A stretch of DNA of 13,241 nucleotides. Source: Myxococcota bacterium. Lineage in GTDB: Bacteria; Myxococcota; JACRCW01. The notes below the pieces were generated by a model, which saw only the letters and a program-made list of their open reading frames with translations, had not been told where the DNA came from and made no database searches. The position numbers and the translations under genes were made by a program. Where the stretch lies: contig JBFMGU010000287.1 of NCBI GenBank assembly GCA_040752415.1, positions 1 to 13,241 on the forward strand, given 5' to 3'. This document shows, one piece after another, positions 7,501 to 13,241 of this stretch (position 1 is its first letter; every line of letters begins with the position of its first letter).

Positions 7501-8223
7501 AATGCCAACTACACCTACGGCGCGGTGGCGGCGGCCAAGGGCCTGTTCTCCGACCGCATGGGCGCGGGCTCTTCGGCCGGCAACCGCAACCGCATGACGG
7601 CGTCCGGCGGCTACCACCAGTTCATGCCGCACACCCAGCGTGGTCGTCCCACCAGCCAGTCCTGGGGCGGCTTCGGCACGGCGTGCTTCCACTGCCACCT
7701 CACGCAGGGCACGGCCAACAACACCAGCGCGGTGGACCTGGTGCGCACCACCACGGGCCTTGGCGCCATCACGTACAAGAAGTTCGCCGCCGACAAGTGG
7801 GGCTGCCCCATGAACTTCACCAATTGCGCGGCCAACGCCACCGTGAACCAGCCGGCCGGCATTGCCGACTGCACCAACGGCACCGCGCTGGACAACCAGG
7901 CCCGCCTGTTCCTGTTTGACGGCAACGCCAACCTGTGCCCGCCGTCCACCGCCAACAACAACCCGCAGAACATGTTCGCGGATTATGACCAGTGGGTGAC
8001 GGCCTCGGGTGTGGCCAATGCCAAGAACAGCCACAAGATGGTGGAGTTCGGTGGCGTGCAGCGTCAGGGTGCCATTGACCCGGAGGCCGCCGGTCCGCTG
8101 GGTCTGCAGACGCTGCAGCTCCTCAACAACCTCAACAACAGCGGCATTGTGCTCACGCAGTGGGTGGACTGGAACGGCGTCCGCTGCAACGTGAACACCT
8201 GCCCCAACGGCTTCTTCCAATAG
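4507..8223 (+). CDS. Large multiheme c-type cytochrome lipoprotein (1238 aa, 11 CxxCH)
   Basis: AGGAG at 4494-4498 before ATG 4507; signal MKHPPFPRVTWLLMAALAAPVASVG-C. CxxCH starting at 5164 CMQCH, 5269 CVSCH, 5596 CGACH, 6013 CGDCH, 6079 CAACH, 6289 CIGCH, 6664 CYDCH, 6745 CESCH, 7120 CQTCH, 7153 CVGCH, 7684 CFHCH. Strong third-position C/G bias in this frame. Confidence 0.93.
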   Translation: MKHPPFPRVTWLLMAALAAPVASVGCTQPSGEECPDGSAPDEDGNCPDTGGNNNGSTSSGGGGSSTSDVSSNGGSTSTGGSTSNGGSTSGSTSTGGSTSGSTSSTSSGGGDLQCRPGCVPNFDNTECIDSLTGGECVDNGTSTSSSGGIDTPYCRNGETALYNGQEIDCRSEATWGACNGPTRSGGNDQHRAACQLFCNVDEIASGLPPCDPAPSENSNCMQCHNGAGPNDPRYSGGGLEDPHPWRSAGGQALSCVSCHGGDAESGMYKDRAHVCPPPDIEQIRDNGEPRWEGVILDQYGPRAWSRYLHKSGLDKSQTDGILGIPDSWTCLGRDGSPTRTVTKTDYLQFLAPGDLRVVETGKSCGACHVNQSKAMPRSVIGTSIGLISGSRFVFGIPVAVVGRNPWAVDYGVRDITALQNPQGPSTMDFIEAGQVTSLMEPRFVQDFESNVNVQTVTVAQMAQGVESNANLDQQAWITYGYNRIRDPNSDLAKAIGVTFYKQCGDCHAGDSGQNNTTADYRGSGCAACHMEYGFEGRYRGLDPNLNRGEPINPDFIYPGERPHVREHVIRGKYRRVARQGQADQIIYGINSVRACIGCHQGSNRTVLQYVGIRLDQNQDVVNNRQFPGNPIVARFANEFQGRDGVELYNIPYGQNVNDRTTLVNNRAATQYVLYEDYGWRNIFYDINLGGTPNANDFGNRAATNRDDTPADIHYERGLECYDCHTSGELHGSGRIYARADHALAVMCESCHGNADSYAALSQNGFAVDRFGTELKHVYKDQTGRYYLIGKRDGVPHFIPQVKDLVNSNSQVTNPRNNQPLYSANADFAMGRMDFDPTNGDGPLQNVAQLDQALRARNFSHLGSPTNKGGVACQTCHTSWQNQCVGCHLDLQARPNVDAYTQISAHYANNNTGGVPNVGFPWANDINQNFVNNVNGEYVFTTQNANFTYIDITTFYIGVGSRGRIVPFTPMHQWYNYIDANGDRLQDVMVMLGVQQAATNANYTYGAVAAAKGLFSDRMGAGSSAGNRNRMTASGGYHQFMPHTQRGRPTSQSWGGFGTACFHCHLTQGTANNTSAVDLVRTTTGLGAITYKKFAADKWGCPMNFTNCAANATVNQPAGIADCTNGTALDNQARLFLFDGNANLCPPSTANNNPQNMFADYDQWVTASGVANAKNSHKMVEFGGVQRQGAIDPEAAGPLGLQTLQLLNNLNNSGIVLTQWVDWNGVRCNVNTCPNGFFQ
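4723..4836 (+). repeat. In-frame 15/18-bp tandem repeats encoding a (G)GSTS(T/N) Ser/Gly/Thr linker
   Basis: Units of GGN-(GGN)-AGCACCAG(C/T); 4759-4788 and 4789-4818 match at 28/30. Confidence 0.85.
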
Positions 8224-8233
8224 GTTCGCGACC

Positions 8234-8278
8234 GACGGCGTCGCGGGGGCGGTTGGCAGACCCTCCCGCGACGCCGTC
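8234..8278 (+). terminator. Strong stem-loop after the cytochrome gene (terminator or mRNA-stabilising hairpin)
   Basis: Perfect 14-bp IR GACGGCGTCGCGGG (8234-8247) / CCCGCGACGCCGTC (8265-8278), 10 nt after TAG; followed by ACCTCTCT rather than a U-run. Confidence 0.65.
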
Positions 8279-8508
8279 ACCTCTCTCCGCGCTTCCGTCG
8301 CATCCACCTCCGCCAGGAAGCCCGGCTCACCTCCGCGAAGTCATCCCTAAGCACCTTCCCGGACGACGTATCCGCGCGTAACGGACGGTACGCCGCGCCC
8401 TGGTTCGCATTCCGGGCTGCGGCGTCGTCGCATCGCTATACCTCTGGGGTGTCGGTGCCGTTCGCACGTACGCGTTGCAGGACGGGCGCCGCATCCCGGA
8501 GAAAGGCG

Positions 8509-9003
8509 ATGAAACACACGGAAGCCCTGTGGTCCGGCATCATTGCCGGCGCGGTCACCACCCTGCTCATGGCCCTGGCCCGCCTGGCGGGAATCCCGGT
8601 TGACGTCGAGATGGCGCTGGGCTCCCTGCCCTTCTCCCGCACCGGTCCGGTGATCTGGGTGTTTGGCGTGCTGCTCTTCCTCCTGGGCTGCGGCATGGTG
8701 GGGCAGCTGTACGCGGCGGGCTTCGAGCTGGTTTCCCGTCGGTCGGGATGGCGCGTGGGCGCGCTGATGTCGGTGGCGCACATGGCGCTCTCCGGCGTGC
8801 TCCTGGGCGCGCTGTCCGCGGTGCATCCGCTCATTCCCGCGAAGATCGCCGCGCCGGGCGCGTTCATGGCCAGTCTGGGCGTGGGTGGGATCGCGGTGTT
8901 CCTGGTGACGCACGTCGTGTTTGGCGCGTTGATGGGCTCCCTGTACGTGCCGCGCGCCGAGGAGCTGGAGGAGGAGCTGGACGCCTGGGTTGGGGAGCCG
9001 TGA
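8509..9003 (+). CDS. Four-helix integral membrane protein (164 aa), possibly DUF6789-like
   Basis: GGAGAAAGG before ATG 8509; four hydrophobic segments; SGIIAGAVTTLLM, AHMALSG, VHP, THVVFGALMGSLY; acidic tail. Family name recalled from the motif pattern only. Confidence 0.75.
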   Translation: MKHTEALWSGIIAGAVTTLLMALARLAGIPVDVEMALGSLPFSRTGPVIWVFGVLLFLLGCGMVGQLYAAGFELVSRRSGWRVGALMSVAHMALSGVLLGALSAVHPLIPAKIAAPGAFMASLGVGGIAVFLVTHVVFGALMGSLYVPRAEELEEELDAWVGEP

Positions 9004-9041
9004 CCACCGGGCAGGCATGACCGAAGGGAGCGCTGCCGGGT

Positions 9042-9053
9042 TAGCGTGCCGGC
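9042..9053 (+). promoter_or_regulatory. Candidate -10 box for a leaderless transcript
   Basis: TAGCGT (TANNNT) at 9042-9047, 6 nt before ATG 9054; no Shine-Dalgarno at normal spacing. Confidence 0.4.
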
Positions 9054-11252
9054 ATGAGCACCGGCCAGGACCCCTACGCCAGACAACACCGCGGCGACGC
9101 TGCCGCCTACCAGGCCTACTTCGCCGGCATGGACGCCTCCATGCAGCAGAAGGTGGCGCTGACCACGGCGCACTTTCCGCCCCGCGGGCGCATTGCCGAC
9201 ATGGGCAGCGGCTCGGGCCGGGGCACCTACGACCTGGCGAGCCTGTATCCCGCGCTCGAGCTCGTCGGGGTGGACATCAATCCCGTCTCGGTGCGCGCCG
9301 CGCAGGAACGCTACCAGCGACCGAACCTGAGCTACGTCGTCGGCGACATTGCCGACCCGGTCTTCCCGCCGGAGTCCCTGGACGGAATCCTGGACTCGTC
9401 GGTGCTGCACCACGTGACCAGCTTCAACGGCTTCTCGCTCGCCCGCCTGGAGCAGTGTCTGGACAACCAGGCCGCGGCCTTGAAGCCCGGTGGCATCATC
9501 ATCATCCGGGACTTCGTGATTCCCCACGGGCCCGAGCTGGTGCATCTCGACGTTTCCGTCGTCGACGGAGCCGACACCGGCCCGGTGGAGCAGCTCTCCA
9601 CGGCGGCCCTGCTGGAACGGTTTGCCGCGGAGTTCCGCTGCAGCGTGAACCGTGACGGACCGGTCCCGTGCACCCGGCTCCCCTCGCCGCATCCCGGCTG
9701 TGCGCGCTTCCAGCTCACGCTCCGCGCGGCCCAGGAGTTCATCCTGCGCAAGGACTACCGCGCGGACTGGGCCGCCGAGCTCCTCGAGGAATACACCTAC
9801 TTCACGCAGGCGCAGTTCGAGGACGCGTTCCGTCGACGGGGGCTGCGCATTGTCACCGCCACGCCCATCCGCAATCCCTGGATCGTGGCCAACCGCTACC
9901 TGGGGCGCGTCCATCTCCACGCGCTGGACGGAACGCCGCTGCCGTTTCCACCCACGAACTTCCTCGTCGTCGGGGAGAAGGTGCGGGCGGGGCAGGGCGT
10001 GGCGCTGGTGGAGAAGCAGAGCGCCGCGCTGACGGAGCCGCGCTTCCTCCGCCTGCACTCGTACCGTCACAAGGAGCAGGACCAGCGCCTGGACCTCGTG
10101 GAGCGGCCCGGTCGCACCGTCGACGTGCTGCCCTGGTTCGAGCGGGAGGGCCAGCTGCTGGTGGTGGCCAAGAAGGGATTTCCCCGTCCCGTGGTGAACG
10201 CGTGCGCGGACCATCCCAACCTGGGTGGCGCGGGCGTGTCCGGCTACATCACCGAGCCCATTGCCGCCATCCTCCCCGACGACACACCGCCACACGAAGG
10301 CATCCGTCACGTGCTGCGCGAGCGCGCCGGCATCGCCGCGGACGACGTCATCTCCAGCACCGGGCCCATCACGTACTTCACCTCGCCCGGCGGCGTGGAT
10401 GAGTGCGTGTCGGCGTACCTGGTGAATGTTCGGGAAGGCGGCGCGGGGCAGGTGCGCGACTACGTACCGTTCAGCGAAGTGGGCACCGTGCGTGAGCTGG
10501 ACGCGTTGCAGGTGCTGCGCGCGTGCCAGGTGGGCGGCATGTTCGACGCGCGACTGGAGCTGAACATCTACCAGCTGCTGCGACGTCGTGGGCGCTCCGC
10601 GGGACCATGGATTGGCGCCACCATCTCCCCCACGGAACAATCCGGCACGCTTCCGCACTCACCCGAGGCCCTGCGCCCGCCCGCGCACGGGGCGTTCGAG
10701 CTGGTGGCCGGTGCCTCCGGTTTCCTCGACGTGCGCCAGGGCATCTTCGAGGAGCGCGATGCGCGCGGCGGGGTGTTGGTGGAGGTCCCGCGGGAGTACG
10801 TGCTCCCCAAGCAGCTGACGCGCAACACGGTGGTGGCGCTGCCGGTGGTGCGGACCTCGTCGGGGATCCACGTGGGGGTGGAGCACCGCGACCTGCCCGC
10901 GGTCCAACGCGCCACCGGCTCGTCAAGCATGGCCGTGGCGCCCGCCTGGCGGCTTCCCCACGACGTCACGGACCTGGGCGCGCTGCCGGCTTTCATGGCC
11001 CGCCGGATGCGCGTGCAGTTTGGCGCGGGCGTGTTGCGGAGCTGGGAGCTGGGGGGCGCGTACCTCCCCACGCCGGGCGTGACGCCGGAGGTGGTGCATC
11101 CCTACGCCGTGGAGGTGGCGCTGGATGCCCACACCGCACGTGCGCTGCGCTGGCTCTCCCTTGACGCGTTCCTCGCCGGTCTCGACGACGTCCACGACGC
11201 GCACCTGCTCACCGCGGGTTGCCGGCTGGCGCACGCGTTGGGGAAGCTGTAG
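9054..11252 (+). CDS. Class I SAM-dependent methyltransferase fused to two degenerate Nudix-like domains (732 aa)
   Basis: Motif I IADMGSGSG, LVGVDIN, VVGDI, SSVLHHV, LKPGGIIIIRDF. The C-terminal part has two repeats with ADP-ribose-pyrophosphatase-like YFTSPGGVDE (10374-10403) and YLPTPGVTPE (11061-11090) but no intact GX5EX7REUXEEXGU box. Confidence 0.85.
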   Translation: MSTGQDPYARQHRGDAAAYQAYFAGMDASMQQKVALTTAHFPPRGRIADMGSGSGRGTYDLASLYPALELVGVDINPVSVRAAQERYQRPNLSYVVGDIADPVFPPESLDGILDSSVLHHVTSFNGFSLARLEQCLDNQAAALKPGGIIIIRDFVIPHGPELVHLDVSVVDGADTGPVEQLSTAALLERFAAEFRCSVNRDGPVPCTRLPSPHPGCARFQLTLRAAQEFILRKDYRADWAAELLEEYTYFTQAQFEDAFRRRGLRIVTATPIRNPWIVANRYLGRVHLHALDGTPLPFPPTNFLVVGEKVRAGQGVALVEKQSAALTEPRFLRLHSYRHKEQDQRLDLVERPGRTVDVLPWFEREGQLLVVAKKGFPRPVVNACADHPNLGGAGVSGYITEPIAAILPDDTPPHEGIRHVLRERAGIAADDVISSTGPITYFTSPGGVDECVSAYLVNVREGGAGQVRDYVPFSEVGTVRELDALQVLRACQVGGMFDARLELNIYQLLRRRGRSAGPWIGATISPTEQSGTLPHSPEALRPPAHGAFELVAGASGFLDVRQGIFEERDARGGVLVEVPREYVLPKQLTRNTVVALPVVRTSSGIHVGVEHRDLPAVQRATGSSSMAVAPAWRLPHDVTDLGALPAFMARRMRVQFGAGVLRSWELGGAYLPTPGVTPEVVHPYAVEVALDAHTARALRWLSLDAFLAGLDDVHDAHLLTAGCRLAHALGKL

Positions 11253-11255
11253 CGC

Positions 11256-11648
11256 TTACTTCGCTTCCAGCTCGACGTCGCACTTCACCGTGCCGTTGGT
11301 GTCGTGCTCCCAGTCGCCCTTGAGCGTGCCGTCCGGGCCCCGGTCCAGGGTGACCTCCACGCGCATGATGTCGCTGCCGAGGTCGAACTTGGCCTTGAAC
11401 GTGAGTCCGGTGGGCGTGTTCTGCGCGTCCTCGATGGGGGCGAGCGTCCACGTGTCGTCGGCGGAGGTGCTGGCCACGCCCAGGTAGCCGCTGGGCACGG
11501 GGGAGGTGGGCGCGTCCAGCAGCAGGAGGACGTCCCAGTCGGGATGGTTGTTGGTGCAGTCGTCGGTGGAGCCCTCGTAGCGCTCGTCCATGAAGAGCCC
11601 GCAGGAGCCCAGGAGGAACGTCAGCAATCCCAGCACAATGACCCGCAT
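11256..11648 (-). CDS. Small hypothetical lipoprotein (130 aa)
   Basis: GGAG 6 nt before ATG 11648; MRVIVLGLLTFLLGS-C lipobox; beta-rich acidic mature domain with two further Cys (possible disulfide); stop 3 bp from the convergent methyltransferase stop. Confidence 0.8.
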   Translation of the reverse strand: MRVIVLGLLTFLLGSCGLFMDERYEGSTDDCTNNHPDWDVLLLLDAPTSPVPSGYLGVASTSADDTWTLAPIEDAQNTPTGLTFKAKFDLGSDIMRVEVTLDRGPDGTLKGDWEHDTNGTVKCDVELEAK

Positions 11649-11682
11649 GTGTGTCTCCGCCCCACGCCGTGGAAGGCGCGGG

Positions 11683-11711
11683 ATGTGACCGCCCGGAGCC
11701 GGGACTGTCAA
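11683..11711 (-). promoter_or_regulatory. Possible sigma70-type promoter for the small lipoprotein
   Basis: Perfect TTGACA (minus, 11706-11711), 17-nt spacer, weak -10 TCACAT (11683-11688). Confidence 0.3.
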
Positions 11712-11754
11712 GGCGCTTCCCGACGATGCGGGGATGTGGGCTAGATTCCGCGGC

Positions 11755-12876
11755 ATGGCGTTGCTGGGGCGCACGCTGTGGGGCCTGCTCGTGGTGGTGT
11801 GCGTGGCGCGGGAGGCGCGCGCGGACGCCAGGGATCCGGGCGCGGACTTCGACGGGCCGCTCGGCGTGCTGCAGCTCCATCCCATCCGGCAGTCGCTCCT
11901 GGACGTGATGAACCGCGGCTCGGTGGCGCATCCGTGGCTGCGCGCGGAGCGCAACGTCGGGAACATCTGGAACTCCGAGACGCATCTCTCGCTGGGGTCG
12001 GGACGACGTGCGCTGCACATGGTGGATGGGCAGCAGGAGAGCCTGGTGTTGGACGCGGGCATTCCCGTCGGGAGGTTCCTGGCGCTGGGCGTGCGCGGCG
12101 GGATGAGCCGGATGTGGGGCGGCGGACCGGTGGACCAGTCCATCGAGGACTTCCACCGTCAGTTCGACTTCTACAACTTCTCGCGCCACCACGCGCCGGC
12201 CAACCGCACCAGCATCATCCTGGAGTCCGACGGGAAACGGCTGCTCACCTGGCACGGCAACGTGGCGTACCTGCAGAACGTGGTGCTGACGACGTACCTG
12301 CGCGCGCTGGAGAACCGCACCACGCGCGTGATGGTCCGCTCCGACGTGCGCGTTCCCACCGGCGACATCTCCCGCGCGCTGGGACTGCTCCGCCCGGAGG
12401 CGGCGGTGGGCATCAGTGTGTGGCGCCGTTTCCGTCGGGTGCTGGCGTTCCACCTGGCGGGCGCGGCCATCTGGCACGGCAACCGCGAGCTGGCGGGATT
12501 GAAGGTGGAGGAGGTCCAGCTCGACGGAGAAGTGTCCCTGGAGCTGCGCCTCTCCCCGTGGCTGAGCCTGGTGGCGGAGGACAAGCTGCAGAGCCCGCTG
12601 TTCCAGCGCACCAAGACGCACGTGCTGGCGCAGGACTCCCTGCCGCTGCGCGCCACGGCGTGGAACGGCTATTTCACGCCGGTCAACATCATCACCGGCG
12701 GCGCGCGCCTGCGCCTGCCCGACGGCACGCACCTCTCGGTGTTCGTGGGTGAGGACTTCATGTTCTGCACCGCGTGCTGGCGGGAGCGGTACAGCCGGGA
12801 GACCAACTCGCCGGACATCTCGCTCTCCCTGGTGGTGGCGAAGTCCCTGTCGGTGACGACGGGGGGCCCGCCCTGA
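11755..12876 (+). CDS. DUF3187-like outer-membrane beta-barrel protein
   Basis: Signal peptide MALLGRTLWGLLVVVCVAREARA (start 11755; alternative 11734); GGGPVDQSIEDFHRQFDF resembles the DUF3187 GG.LD..I..FH..F motif; amphipathic strands; C-terminal VGEDF...SPDISLSL. TAGATT lies 7 nt before ATG 11755. Confidence 0.7.
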   Translation: MALLGRTLWGLLVVVCVAREARADARDPGADFDGPLGVLQLHPIRQSLLDVMNRGSVAHPWLRAERNVGNIWNSETHLSLGSGRRALHMVDGQQESLVLDAGIPVGRFLALGVRGGMSRMWGGGPVDQSIEDFHRQFDFYNFSRHHAPANRTSIILESDGKRLLTWHGNVAYLQNVVLTTYLRALENRTTRVMVRSDVRVPTGDISRALGLLRPEAAVGISVWRRFRRVLAFHLAGAAIWHGNRELAGLKVEEVQLDGEVSLELRLSPWLSLVAEDKLQSPLFQRTKTHVLAQDSLPLRATAWNGYFTPVNIITGGARLRLPDGTHLSVFVGEDFMFCTACWRERYSRETNSPDISLSLVVAKSLSVTTGGPP

Positions 12877-12961
12877 GCGGCTCACCCAAGACAGCACCTG
12901 GGCCCGGGCGAGGGTTCAAGCCGCGTAGGTCACGAAAAGGGTGACCGGGGTGACCGGCGCC

Positions 12962-13130
12962 CTGGAGTGCGGTGCCAAACGCGCTCCGTCGTGAAAGCGG
13001 CCCAGCACCGCCCTGGCTTGGGCATTCCCGGTCAGGGATTCCACGTTGGAAACCCCATCACCGGGCGCCCCGATCCAGGGCGGTGCTTGACGTCGTGGAG
13101 CGTTCATCCGTGGGTCGCACCGCACTCCAG
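12962..13130. repeat. Second inverted REP-like doublet, same family as 3596-3775
   Basis: CTGGAGTGCGGTGC (12962-12975)...AGCACCGCCCTGG (13004-13016), then the inverted copy CCAGGGCGGTGCT (13075-13087)...GCACCGCACTCCAG (13117-13130). The central spacer is also self-complementary (CCCGGT/ACCGGG, TTCCA/TGGAA). Confidence 0.8.
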
Positions 13131-13241
13131 AGGGTGTCTCGGAATATCTGGCGGCGATTGAACCGGAAACCCCGGTCACCCGGCCGCGAGGCGGAGGAGA
13201 CCCTTGTTCCAGGCCGGGAGCAGCTTCCTCAGGTTGTGAGC
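13131..13241 (-). mobile_element. Downstream end of an IS1182/IS5-type insertion sequence (continues beyond window)
   Basis: Transposase-like C-terminus on the minus strand with its stop ~45 nt from an IR-like end (G)AGGGTGTCTCGGAATA at 13130/13131, preceded by CCAG. Only one end is visible. Confidence 0.65.
13176..13241 (-). CDS. C-terminal 21 aa of a DDE transposase (IS1182-like); partial
   Basis: Minus strand reads AHNLRKLLPAWNKGLLRLAAG-stop (TGA at 13178-13176). AHNLRKL is the characteristic terminal helix motif of IS1182-family (and related IS5/IS4) transposases. Confidence 0.65.
   Translation of the reverse strand, partial: AHNLRKLLPAWNKGLLRLAAG

Noticed and set aside
7093..8307. Long minus-strand ORFs opposite the cytochrome (also 4110-4958, 4447-5433, 5512-6759)
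   Set aside because: Antisense shadows caused by strong codon bias; the LVLPP repeats are the reverse reading of the GSTS linker.
8461..8480. sigma54-like TCGCACG...TTGCA before the membrane protein
   Set aside because: Lacks GG at -24 and the spacing is 2 nt too long.
8436..10658. 740-aa minus-strand ORF (and 11209-12897)
   Set aside because: Antisense to well-supported genes; no recognisable motifs.
12916..13179. 87-aa and 64-aa ORFs at the right end
   Set aside because: They lie over the REP doublet and IS end, with no coding signal or motif.

Overview
GC-rich bacterial DNA; the gene content (many lipoproteins, a PEGA protein, a large multiheme cytochrome) suggests Myxococcota/deltaproteobacteria, which is inference only. 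Left to right: the 3' end of an MBL-fold hydrolase (+); a minus-strand envelope cluster (small beta-barrel, HEFGH/NEGxxD gluzincin lipoprotein, PEGA membrane lipoprotein); a DUF952 gene; a ~1 kb intergenic region with a 291-bp MITE-like element (25-bp TIRs, CAAG duplication) enclosing an inverted REP-like doublet, followed by an AT-richer multi-site, sigma54-like regulatory region; a 1238-aa lipoprotein with 11 CxxCH motifs on a Cys-rich, Ser/Gly/Thr stalk; a 4-TM His-containing membrane protein; a SAM methyltransferase fused to two degenerate Nudix-like domains; a small lipoprotein divergent from a DUF3187-like beta-barrel; a second REP-like doublet of the same family; and, abutting it, the end of an IS1182/IS5-type IS whose transposase tail (AHNLRKL) is cut by the window edge. 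The terminal partial CDSs and all repeat elements are missing from the ORF track. Family calls come from motif recognition by eye; no searches were run.
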